Of a DNA stretch of 64,000 nt, positions 55,584 through 64,000 are shown piece by piece. The stretch spans positions 5,642-69,641 of the forward strand of contig DXFQ01000013.1 of NCBI GenBank assembly GCA_019114365.1, in the 5' to 3' direction. This stretch comes from Candidatus Akkermansia intestinigallinarum. GTDB taxonomy: Bacteria > Verrucomicrobiota > Verrucomicrobiia > Verrucomicrobiales > Akkermansiaceae. Numbering within the stretch: position 1 is the stretch's first letter; every line of letters starts with the position of its first letter. The notes beneath the pieces were generated by a model. The model made no database searches and had not been told where the DNA came from. It saw only the letters and a program-made list of their open reading frames with translations. A program made the translations under genes and the position numbers.

Positions 55584-57557
55584 TCAGCGCTTGCGCCTGA
55601 GGCGCAGGTGAAGCTCGGCTTTGCCGTCCTGCGCGGTGAACAATCCGGAGACGGAGCGCAGGTGCTCCGCGAGTTGTTCAAGATGTTGACGGACGAAGGG
55701 CGGAATTTGCAGCGGGCTTGGCACGCCGCCTCGCGGCTCGCTCTCGGCGATGCGCATGAACTCAAGCGCCTTCTCGAAATTCAGCTGAAAGACGGCGCCG
55801 GGCAGAGCCGAGCTTTCCGCCAGACTCTCGATCACCTGACGATTGAGTTGTTCGTTGCTGCCCAGCACGAGATCCGTGTTGCTCACGAGAACATTGGGCG
55901 AGAAGCCCGGAACGCGGACGGGCAGCAACAGACTGTAGGCCGCGCTGCCCTCCGGCCCGTCGCGCAGCGCCATGGGCAGACTGTTGATGACGTCGGGGTT
56001 CATGCCGAGCCCCCTGATGCTGCCGTCGAGCGCGTCCAGAAATCTCTCCCAGCCCTCCGAAAGCCCCTGCCGACTTGCCACGGGGCTGTGTACGGCGACG
56101 GAGAGTCCCGCCTCGCCCGGGCTCGACTGCACAACCAGCGCCTTGGCGCCTTCCAGCGAGTTGAACATCGACGAAAAGGCCCGCCCCATGGCTCGCAGCG
56201 CCGGTCGCAGCGAGCGGTAGAGGGCGCTGCCGGCGTGCGCTTCCGCTGCGGAGGCGCGGCTGTCCTTTTCCGCGACGCGGTGAACGAGCTGCTCGGTCAG
56301 ATCGGCCACGTCAGCGGCCTCTTTCCGTGTGGAGCTGTCGAGCGGAGCCGATTCGGCGTAGAGAAGCATCCCGGGATGCTCCGCCATGTGCCTCATCTCC
56401 AGCGGAACGGACAGGAAGGAATGCCCGCAGGCATCCGCCGAGAGAGCGACATACAGCGAGTCTCCCGCGCCCCCGTCATCCCACAGCTGCACGACCAAAG
56501 GCTCGGTCATGACCGACGTCGGCTCCAGCAAGCGCACCAGCGTCTGCAACAGGCGGTCGGCATCGGCTCGCAGTCTCTCGCGATGGGCGGGATCCGCCGC
56601 TCGGGCATCGGCCAGCTGCTCCCGCAGCTCGGTGCCGTATCGCCGCGCGGCGCTGATGAGGCTGCTCGACAGGCGTCGCAAGGGGCGTGCATCGATGCGG
56701 CACAGGAAGAAGTGAGCGGGCTGCGGCGATGCGTCGTCCCCCGCCGCCTGTTTCGGAAAATCGCAAAACTCGTCCGGGCAGACGGCCTCCTGAGCCGTCT
56801 CGGGCAATCGGATGTCTTGCGCGTCGTCCGCGAGGGCGATGATCGTATAGTCGCCTCTCTGGCAGATGATGACATCAAGGCAGCGCCCGCTGAGTCGCTC
56901 CGCCTCGCGCTTGTCGTCCTCTTCAAGAGTCAGATACCGCAGCGCCGCCTTCCCGAGGTCGAGACGCAGGCCGCGCAACTCGCCGCAGCTGATGCGGCTG
57001 ATGCCGGAGCCTTCCCCCGTCGGGAGAAGGGGAAGCATTTGCAGCATGAACGAGGTCTCCGCGCGGCACTCCAAAACGACGTAGATCGGGCTGATGCGAG
57101 CCTGTCTCTCCCCGATGTCGGCCAGCGTGTGCAGCAGCGAGCCTCGAGGCTCCTCCTGAAACCGCCGCGCCAGCAAGGCGTCTGCGGCCATGACCAAGGC
57201 GTCTTCGCTCCCCCGCGTCAGCCCCACGGCCACACTCCGCACCCCCTTCAGCCCGACTTCGGCAAAGAGCCGCTCGACAAGAGCGGCCGACTCGTCGTTC
57301 GGAGACGTTGCCGCAAAACTCTTCACCTCCTTCGGCAGAAACTGAAGCGCCGGGTAGGCCGCCTGTGCCGCCTGTGCCGCCTGCTGCCGACGGGCATCGC
57401 CGGCCGTCGCCGCCGGAGTGATGACGACAATGCCGGGCTCGGACTCCGCCGAGGCCGAGGCACGGGAGCACGACTCCTGCGGCAGCGCCGTTGCGGAGGC
57501 GCCGGCCAGAAGAGTTGCCAAAGCCGTCAGAGGCGAGAGTCTTGCGCGGGGGAACAT
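55584..57557 (-). CDS. Secreted hypothetical protein, paralog family member 4
   Basis: Likely start MFPRARLS... with a signal peptide; YPALQFLP, PIYVV, QLWDDG, DACGHSF, LYAES, SPNVLV and GSNEQLN match the 1-5013 paralogs. Confidence 0.75.
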   Translation of the reverse strand: MFPRARLSPLTALATLLAGASATALPQESCSRASASAESEPGIVVITPAATAGDARRQQAAQAAQAAYPALQFLPKEVKSFAATSPNDESAALVERLFAEVGLKGVRSVAVGLTRGSEDALVMAADALLARRFQEEPRGSLLHTLADIGERQARISPIYVVLECRAETSFMLQMLPLLPTGEGSGISRISCGELRGLRLDLGKAALRYLTLEEDDKREAERLSGRCLDVIICQRGDYTIIALADDAQDIRLPETAQEAVCPDEFCDFPKQAAGDDASPQPAHFFLCRIDARPLRRLSSSLISAARRYGTELREQLADARAADPAHRERLRADADRLLQTLVRLLEPTSVMTEPLVVQLWDDGGAGDSLYVALSADACGHSFLSVPLEMRHMAEHPGMLLYAESAPLDSSTRKEAADVADLTEQLVHRVAEKDSRASAAEAHAGSALYRSLRPALRAMGRAFSSMFNSLEGAKALVVQSSPGEAGLSVAVHSPVASRQGLSEGWERFLDALDGSIRGLGMNPDVINSLPMALRDGPEGSAAYSLLLPVRVPGFSPNVLVSNTDLVLGSNEQLNRQVIESLAESSALPGAVFQLNFEKALEFMRIAESEPRGGVPSPLQIPPFVRQHLEQLAEHLRSVSGLFTAQDGKAELHLRLRRKR

Positions 57558-57683
57558 GGGGGAGCGGGGCGTCGAGGCGATGACGATGCACGCAGGGCGA
57601 ACATCCGACGCCTTCAGCATACGCCTTTTCCGTCAATGGCGCAAGTCCAAAAGCAGAGCCCTTGCTCACAAGGGCGCGGACGC

Positions 57684-57724
57684 AAAAAAGCCCCTGCCGC
57701 GGCAAGGCCGGAGCAGGGGCTTTT
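57684..57724 (-). terminator. Rho-independent terminator after adk (potentially bidirectional)
   Basis: aaaaaagcccctgc...gcaggggctttt hairpin with A/T tracts on both sides. Confidence 0.8.
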
Positions 57725-57749
57725 CGTTAAAAGAGGCAGAACCTGCGGC

Positions 57750-58403
57750 TTATTTCTCCGCATAGCTGCGGATGGCGGCGGCGATGCGGGCGGAAACATC
57801 TTCCGGCTCGCCCTCCTCCGTCACGTCAATCTGCACCACCTTGCCTTGGCTGCGGTAGTGCTCGATGACGGGAACCGTCAGCGTCTCGTAATCCTTCCAG
57901 CGCTTAGCGAAGGCCTCCGGGTTGTCGTCGGAGCGCACAATCATGGCGTGGCCGCACTTCGGGCAGGTCTCCTCACCGTTGCGCGTCGTCTCGCCGCAGG
58001 CGGGGCAGGCCTTGCGCTTGAGCATGCGGGCCTGAATCAGTTCGAGGGAAACATTGAGGTAGACAACGATATCAACCTCCATCCCCATGGCCGTGAGGTT
58101 AGCGTCGAGCGTCTCGGCCTGAGAAACGGTGCGGGGATAACCGTCGAGCAGGCAACCGCAGTCCTTGTTTTCACCGAGCCACTTGGCGACGATGCCGTTG
58201 ACCACTTCGTCGGGCACGAACATAGCCGCATCCATGTACTTCTTGGCCTCGAGGCCAAGCTGAGAACCGGCAGCAATCTCGGCACGAAGCAGCGCGCCCG
58301 TGCTCAGGGGCTTGAGATCATAGGTCCCGGAGAGGAAGGAAGACTGCGTGCCCTTGCCGGAAGCGGGGGCGCCTACGAGTACGAATCGCTTGAGCGTTTT
58401 CAT
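57750..58403 (-). CDS. adk: Adenylate kinase (Zn-binding LID)
   Basis: GAPASGKGTQ, STG.LLR, VPDE, LDGYPRT..QA, CPACG...CPKCG, RSDD. Confidence 0.95.
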   Translation of the reverse strand: MKTLKRFVLVGAPASGKGTQSSFLSGTYDLKPLSTGALLRAEIAAGSQLGLEAKKYMDAAMFVPDEVVNGIVAKWLGENKDCGCLLDGYPRTVSQAETLDANLTAMGMEVDIVVYLNVSLELIQARMLKRKACPACGETTRNGEETCPKCGHAMIVRSDDNPEAFAKRWKDYETLTVPVIEHYRSQGKVVQIDVTEEGEPEDVSARIAAAIRSYAEK

Positions 58404-58559
58404 GATATATGATCGAAAGAGAGGTGACTCCGCCATACCTGGTCGGCAAAGTCCTGACCCATTATGCTCCACTTTTTATCGAAAAGCAATGCCAAAAAAT
58501 AAGCCTTGCAATAACATAAATACCGACTCCCCTTTGCCGCAGGCTTTCAGCGCCGTCTT

Positions 58560-59168
58560 TCAGAGCGCAGCGTCACCTCGTCGCACAGCGTCGAGGAAAT
58601 GCCGACAAAAGGCCGCATCGTCAAAGCAGCGGTGCAGGTAGGTCGCCCAGAGGCGGCCGTGCCCGTAGCCGATGGGGCTGCCGTCTTCGCGGCGGAAGAG
58701 CACGGGTTCTTCCCCCTCGCTCATACCCCGGTGGGTCTCAAAGCCTCGCAGCTCGCAGCCGCCCGGAGAGCTGACGCGGCGCAGGCGGCGAAAGACGGCC
58801 TCGGCCGCAAAGACCGTGTCCAGCGCCAGCAGCCCGAGCATCTCCTTTTCCGCGAAAGGATACTTGTGGTGATGCGGATCAAGCAAGCGGCGCCCCATCA
58901 TTTGAAGCCCGCCGCAGATCCCGACGACCCAGCCGCCCGCTTCCGCGTGGCGGCGAATCGCCTCCGCGATACCGGAGGCTTCATGAGCGTCGAAATCTCC
59001 GGCCACATCTTGCGTGCCCGGCAGGATGATGACATCGGGGCTGGCCCAGTCACTCGCAAAGCGCAACACGCGGAAATGCACCCCCGGCGCGGCAGCCAGG
59101 GGCGCAAAATCGTCCTCATTGTAGGAATGGCCTGCGAGAATCAGGGCGATATCGAGAGTCTGAGGCAC
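58560..59168 (-). CDS. Stand-alone CobQ-type glutamine amidotransferase domain
   Basis: N.DDF.PL, IILPGT, GICGGLQMMG...DP, GFETH.G, ATYLH. Confidence 0.75.
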   Translation of the reverse strand: MPQTLDIALILAGHSYNEDDFAPLAAAPGVHFRVLRFASDWASPDVIILPGTQDVAGDFDAHEASGIAEAIRRHAEAGGWVVGICGGLQMMGRRLLDPHHHKYPFAEKEMLGLLALDTVFAAEAVFRRLRRVSSPGGCELRGFETHRGMSEGEEPVLFRREDGSPIGYGHGRLWATYLHRCFDDAAFCRHFLDAVRRGDAAL

Positions 59169-59195
59169 GGCAGCAGAGGGAAAAGAACCGGGCGG

Positions 59196-59600
59196 TCAGG
59201 CCCAGTTCCACGTGATAATCTTCTGCACCTCGGGGCGAATGGCGTTGCCGACGGGGCAGGCCTTGGCCGCCGCCTCAAGAATCTTGCGGCTCTTCGCATC
59301 CAGCGCGGCCGAGGCCGTGATATCAAAGCTCAGCTCGCAAATGCCCGAGGCATCACTCTTGACGGCGGAGCGGATCCTGATGCCGTCGGTGGGAATGCCC
59401 TTGGTGTGGCCGGTATAAGCAATCATGCTCAGCATGCAGGAAGCGACGCAGCCGGCGAGCATGTCTGCGGGGCAGGGCATCTCACCCTTGCCGCCGAGCG
59501 GGGCGACGACGTCGGTGGTGAACTGAGCGTTGCCGCTCGTGAAGCTTGAAAGGCAGCGCATGCCGCCCTCGTGAACAGTAGTTGCAGCGTATGTATTCAT
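59196..59600 (-). CDS. OsmC/Ohr-family protein
   Basis: TD....GG.G..PCP.D.L...ASC ... AA..CPV; start MNTYAAT. Confidence 0.85.
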   Translation of the reverse strand: MNTYAATTVHEGGMRCLSSFTSGNAQFTTDVVAPLGGKGEMPCPADMLAGCVASCMLSMIAYTGHTKGIPTDGIRIRSAVKSDASGICELSFDITASAALDAKSRKILEAAAKACPVGNAIRPEVQKIITWNWA

Positions 59601-60002
59601 GGTGTTGAGGGTTTGAAACCCTGTCTCATTCTGCACCGCGGAAGCTTCTTTGTCAACTTCAAAGCCAAACAGGCAGCCCCCGCCGCATACACGCCGCGCG
59701 GCGCCAACATCAACGCAGCGAAGGAGCCCTCGCGAGAGAAACGCCGCCATGTCCGCGAGACGGTCGCCTCAAATGAAAAGACCCCTCCCCGTGCCCCGAC
59801 GACATCCTTTCGCGTATGCCGCAAGACTCTTGCATACCGGCCATTCTCCGAGCAGCGCGGCTGCGCTCCTTTTTGACGCATCCCTAGCTGACGATGATCG
59901 GCAGATGCGCGGCAAGCCTCAAGTTCAGTCTCCCTATTTCTCTTCGCTGCTTCTGCGGGAGCGCAAAGATTCATTCTAGACGCCATGCTCAGGATGCGTT
60001 AG

Positions 60003-61325
60003 TCAGAGAGGCGAGTTTCTCTCGCTCCCGTCCGCCTCGGCTCCTGCGTCACGCAGCATCCGCTCGCAGTCCCTGCACCCGTCTCGCCCTGAGCGGCGGG
60101 CACAGTCCAAGGGCGTCAGCCGCTCAGAACCGAAGAGCACCCGCGCACGGGCATCCGCCCCCGCGTCCAGCAGCAGCGCGACAATATCCGCATGCCCCCA
60201 AGCCGCCGCCAAATGCAGCGGCGTCGCGGAACCGCGTCCCCCCTCCTCTCGGCAGGCATTGACAGGGGCTCCCGCCGCCAGCAGTGTCCGCACCGCCTCA
60301 GCATTCCCGAGCCAAGAGGCAAGGTGCAGCGGGGTGAAGAAATGATCCGGCGTGCAAGCGGAAAGCTCCGCCCCGGCCCCCGCCAGCAGGCGCACCACCT
60401 CAGCCGCATCATATTCCGCCGCCGTGTGCAGCGGCGTGTATCCCCGGCCGTCCCTCGCATCGGCATCGGCACCGGCGGCCAGCAGCATCTCCGCTATCTC
60501 CGCACCCCTCTCTTCCGCCGCCAGATGCAGCAGAGAACGCCCTTGCGCGTCTACGCAGCCGCGTACGTCAGCACCGGCGTCCAGACAGATCCGCAAGGTA
60601 TCGGTATCCCCTCCCCGACAGGCGCCGCGCATACCGCCGCGCACAGCCGCACAAAGCGTCTCCGCGCTGCGCAGCAGTTCGCCTGGGCAAACGGGAACCC
60701 TGAGACGGTACGGACGAGCCGCGGCGTCGATCGCCAGCGTGCCGGAAACTTCGAAAACGAAGCGGTCATCGAGCTCGGCCAAGCGATAGACCGGGCTGTA
60801 GACCTCACCCGCATCACAGGCACCGGGGGCAATGCGGCAGGAGTATTGCCCGGAGTTGCCCTCGAACGGATAGGGCAAGGGAGACAGCTCGGCACCGTTA
60901 CCGGCGCACAGCAAACGGCATGTCGCAAGTGTGAAAGGCCTCACCATCGAACTCTCAGTCGTCATCGTGACGTCACGATTCGTGTGGTTCACCACAGCCA
61001 GCTCGACGCAGAAGACAAAGGCATCCTGGCTGTCCTCTCGGTGCTCCGATCCCATATAACTGAGAATGCGGATGCTGCGAAGCTCCAGCACCACGCCCGG
61101 AGTCAGTTCGCAGCTGCACGGAGATGCCTCGGCAACGCCCGCAGCGAGCCCATTGAATTGTTCGCCGTGTTCGCCATGGACGCCGAGCGGCCGGCAGGCC
61201 ACTGCGTGCGCCGAGACGAGAGCCTCGGGCAGGGCATAAGCCGAAGCGGCAAACAGAGGAAAGAGCGCGAGCAGAGCCCGGAGGCGTCCTCCTCTACCGA
61301 AGAAATCCTTGCTGTTCATGTTCAT
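60003..61325 (-). CDS. Secreted protein with an N-terminal beta domain and C-terminal ankyrin repeats
   Basis: Signal-like RLRALLALFPLFAASAYA; about 5 ankyrin repeats (GYTPLHTAA, TPLHLAS, TPLHLAAAWG). Confidence 0.8.
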   Translation of the reverse strand: MNMNSKDFFGRGGRLRALLALFPLFAASAYALPEALVSAHAVACRPLGVHGEHGEQFNGLAAGVAEASPCSCELTPGVVLELRSIRILSYMGSEHREDSQDAFVFCVELAVVNHTNRDVTMTTESSMVRPFTLATCRLLCAGNGAELSPLPYPFEGNSGQYSCRIAPGACDAGEVYSPVYRLAELDDRFVFEVSGTLAIDAAARPYRLRVPVCPGELLRSAETLCAAVRGGMRGACRGGDTDTLRICLDAGADVRGCVDAQGRSLLHLAAEERGAEIAEMLLAAGADADARDGRGYTPLHTAAEYDAAEVVRLLAGAGAELSACTPDHFFTPLHLASWLGNAEAVRTLLAAGAPVNACREEGGRGSATPLHLAAAWGHADIVALLLDAGADARARVLFGSERLTPLDCARRSGRDGCRDCERMLRDAGAEADGSERNSPL

Positions 61326-61667
61326 TCTTTTCGTTTGGTGTTGGCATCCCCCTGCCGAGGCGCGGAAAACCTGCTCCCGCCTCGCGCTGCGTCGGCCGGA
61401 CAAGTGAGTTATAGCATGCGGCTTCCTGCCTGTCAAATCAGTTATGAAAAATTCTCTCCATCCCGCAGCCCGAAAACGTCCGGCACGCCTGCGTCCCGAC
61501 AGAGCAGGGGATCGCACCGACAGTCGTGAAAAGACGCCTCTATCGAGCGCTATCGAACTCATCCTCGGAAATCCGCCGTTTCCCCGGCCCCGTCGCTCCG
61601 TGGCGGAAGCGCTCAGAGCCGACATCAGTCTGGACAGCTCCACCGCCCTCTGCTACGATAACCCGCG

Positions 61668-62066
61668 ATGAAAACCATCGACGTTGTAGCAGCCGTCATC
61701 AGAGTCGGCAACCGCGTCTTGGCGACACAGCGCGGCTACGGTGAATGGCGCGGGAGCTGGGAGTTCCCCGGAGGAAAGACCGAGCCCGGGGAATCGCCGT
61801 CGCAGGCACTGGTGCGCGAAATCCGCGAAGAACTCTGCCTGCACATACACGTCGGCCGCCTGCTGCGCACCATCGAGTACGACTACCCGACCTTTCACCT
61901 TCGCATGCACTGCTACCTCTGCGAGATGGCAGGCGGCCGGCTGACCCTGGAGGAACACGAAGCCGCCTTGTGGGTCGGCGCAGACGACTTGGAAAAACTC
62001 GACTGGCTGCCGGCCGATCGCGAACTCCTGCCCGAACTGAGAGCCTGCCTCGCGCACGAAAGCTGA
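61668..62066 (+). CDS. MutT/NudG-like NUDIX hydrolase
   Basis: Nudix box WEFPGGK.EPGES...ALVREIREE; WLPAD. Confidence 0.9.
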   Translation: MKTIDVVAAVIRVGNRVLATQRGYGEWRGSWEFPGGKTEPGESPSQALVREIREELCLHIHVGRLLRTIEYDYPTFHLRMHCYLCEMAGGRLTLEEHEAALWVGADDLEKLDWLPADRELLPELRACLAHES

Positions 62067-62365
62067 GCAACAGCTCCCCGCCGAAGACAGGGCAAAGAGC
62101 AGCCTCCCTCAGCCGAAAATGCAGTGAAATCAGGGCTTCGGGGCTCGCGAACTCCCCGCGCCGACCCCCTCTGCCCGAGCTCGTCGCGCCACCCCGTCAC
62201 TCCGCCGCATCCGCTATCCCGTCACATCCGTCAACCGCCACATCCGCCTCAGCGCCGGGCTCAGCCCCGCGTCGTCGCGGCCGCCGGAGCAGAAACAAAC
62301 CTAAAATCAAAAAATCTTCACAAGAGGGTGACAAGTTGCGCGGGCCTGCCGTCTATGTAAGTACC

Positions 62366-62875
62366 ATGAACAAAATCATCCTTACACTCGCCGGTTTATT
62401 CGCCCCCCAGATCGTCATGGCTGCTCCTCTTCCCGAGCACTCTGACCTCCTCGCCACAAACACCGTCGTCGCCGTCTACGAAAAAACGGTCGATCGCCCC
62501 TGCCGACACCTCACGTCGCTCTGCCCCGATCGCTGCAATCACGCCAAGAAACTCGCCACCTTCCGCGTCGTAGTCAACGAGAACTACGAGCACCCGGGCC
62601 AGTACGGCGATGACAAGTCCGAGCCCGGCAGCGTCGTCTACGTCGACATGCTGCACGACGAACCCGGACAGGATGAAAGCGTGCGCAAGCTGATCTCCGA
62701 ACTGAAGCCGGGCGACGCCGTACGCATCCGCATTGACCACTACTACGTCAACGGCGATTCCTGCAAATACCCCGTGCGTCCCGTCACGCTCATCGAGCGC
62801 GTGGAGAAACCCGCCAACATTCCGCCCGCCAAAGACAAAGAGCCGATCATGGATATCATGCCGCTGGCTCGCTGA
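62366..62875 (+). CDS. Secreted Cys-motif hypothetical protein
   Basis: Start MNKIILTLAGLFAPQIVMA (signal peptide); PCRHLTSLCPDRCNH motif; YE.PG.YGD.K. Confidence 0.75.
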   Translation: MNKIILTLAGLFAPQIVMAAPLPEHSDLLATNTVVAVYEKTVDRPCRHLTSLCPDRCNHAKKLATFRVVVNENYEHPGQYGDDKSEPGSVVYVDMLHDEPGQDESVRKLISELKPGDAVRIRIDHYYVNGDSCKYPVRPVTLIERVEKPANIPPAKDKEPIMDIMPLAR

Positions 62876-63084
62876 GGCAACCTCCAAACAAGCCCGGCGC
62901 ATCGGGCCACCCCTCGCAACCGGCTGTCCGCACAGGGCAGCCGGTTCTTTGCATCCCGCCCCGCTGCCCGGCGAAAACCGCACCCCGTGCCCCTCCCGAC
63001 GCGAAGAAACCCGAAGCCGCAGCTCGCGGCTCTTTTTGCTTGCCATTTGCCTGCCGATGGTGTTCAATAGGCGCACGCAAACGC

Positions 63085-63155
63085 GGCCCTGTAGTTCAAT
63101 GGATAGAACGGCCCTCTCCTAAAGGGCAGATGTGGGTTCGATTCCCGCCGGGGCT
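63085..63155 (+). tRNA. tRNA-Arg (anticodon CCT)
   Basis: GGCCCTG-TA-GTTC-AATGGATA-GAAC, anticodon arm GCCCT-CTCCTAA-AGGGC, T arm GTGGG-TTCGATT-CCCGC; CCA not encoded; acceptor stem imperfect. Confidence 0.9.
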
Positions 63156-63182
63156 AGAGCGATGCGCCCCCATCAGGCAGCC

Positions 63183-64000
63183 ATGATTCCCGCCTCCCCC
63201 GAAATCCTCGCGCCCGCCGGCAACCGCGACTGCGTCCGCGCGGCCGTCGCCAACGGAGCGCAGGCTGTCTACTTCGGCCTCGACCGCTTCAACGCCCGCA
63301 TGCGGGCAGACAACTTCACCCGCAGCGACCTCGCCGCCCTCATACCCTACCTGCATGCACACGGCGTGCGCGCCTACGTCACCATGAACGTCCTCATCTT
63401 CACCGATGAGATGAACGACGCGCTCGACTACATCGACGAGCTCGACCGAGCCGGCGTCGACGGCGTCATCGTGCAAGACATGGGCCTCGCGCGCCTCATC
63501 AGCCGCTACCGCCGCGAAGGCCGCTGGAAACTCGAGCTGCACATCAGCACCCAAATGACCGTCACCTCGCCCGAAGGCGTGCGCCTCGTCGACGAGCTAC
63601 TCGACCCGCAGCAAATCGTCCTCGCTCGCGAACTCTCCATCGACGACATCGCCGCCTGCGCCAAGGCAACGAGCAAACCCATCGAAGTCTTCTGCCACGG
63701 CGCCCTCTGCGTCGCCTACTCCGGCCAGTGCCTCACCAGCGAAAGCCTCGGCCGCCGCAGCGCCAACCGAGGCGAGTGCGCCCAAGCCTGCCGCATGCCC
63801 TACCGCCTCGAAGTCGACGGCCGCCTGCGCGACCTCGGCGAGCGCCGCTACCTCTTCTCCCCGCAAGACCTCTGTGCGCTCGAGCGCGTCCCGCAGATGC
63901 TCGCCGCCGGCGTGCGCAGCTTCAAAATCGAAGGGCGCCTCAAAAGCCCCGAATACGTCGCCGCCACCACCCGCGCCTACCGCCGAGCCCTCGACGCCGC
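63183..64000 (+). CDS. U32 peptidase-family protein (RNA hydroxylation, RlhA/TrhP-like), 3' truncated by the window
   Basis: Not in the ORF track. My translation from ATG 63183 gives MIPASPEILAPAG...GAQAVYFG...FNAR...LHISTQ...ARELS...HGALCVAYSGQC...ANRGECAQACR...KIEGR.K.PEYV. Confidence 0.88.
   Translation, partial: MIPASPEILAPAGNRDCVRAAVANGAQAVYFGLDRFNARMRADNFTRSDLAALIPYLHAHGVRAYVTMNVLIFTDEMNDALDYIDELDRAGVDGVIVQDMGLARLISRYRREGRWKLELHISTQMTVTSPEGVRLVDELLDPQQIVLARELSIDDIAACAKATSKPIEVFCHGALCVAYSGQCLTSESLGRRSANRGECAQACRMPYRLEVDGRLRDLGERRYLFSPQDLCALERVPQMLAAGVRSFKIEGRLKSPEYVAATTRAYRRALDA

Noticed and set aside
55608-58412. 934-aa plus-strand ORF
   Set aside because: Antisense shadow of adk and the paralog gene in high-GC DNA; no recognisable motifs.
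61745-62365. Long N-terminal part of the 376-aa ORF 61745-62875
   Set aside because: It overlaps the NUDIX gene and low-complexity intergenic DNA; the real start is the signal-peptide Met at 62366.

Overview
GC-rich bacterial chromosome segment. The PEP-CTERM tail style, the secreted ankyrin and paralog families and the housekeeping genes suggest Verrucomicrobiota, possibly Akkermansia-like; this is an inference. The centre (25367-55372, minus strand) is a ~30-kb, apparently complete type VI secretion system (T6SS) operon: tssB-tssC-hcp-tagJ-tssE-tssF-tssG-clpV-[PEP-CTERM]-vgrG-DUF6931like-vgrG-DUF6931like-lipoprotein-PAARlike-lipoprotein-tssK-tssL-tssM-tssA. Sheath and ClpV are canonical. 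The spike and membrane complex are unusual: two very divergent ~1160-aa VgrGs with hydrophobic helical inserts in the needle, each followed by an enlarged DUF6931-like partner; a His-poor PAAR-like protein; two paralogous TssJ-like lipoproteins; and a 1680-aa TssM with a duplicated C-terminal domain. No recognisable enzymatic toxin/immunity pair or mobile-element gene is present. The flanks hold four paralogous secreted ~600-aa proteins, Sel1 and ankyrin repeat proteins, a dynamin-like protein, rarA, a split class III RNR (nrdD + small glycyl-radical ORF + nrdG, with NrdR boxes), an rRNA methyltransferase, sufE, argF, metF, adk, a CobQ-type GATase, OsmC, a NUDIX hydrolase, tRNA-Arg(CCT) and a partial U32 peptidase-family gene.
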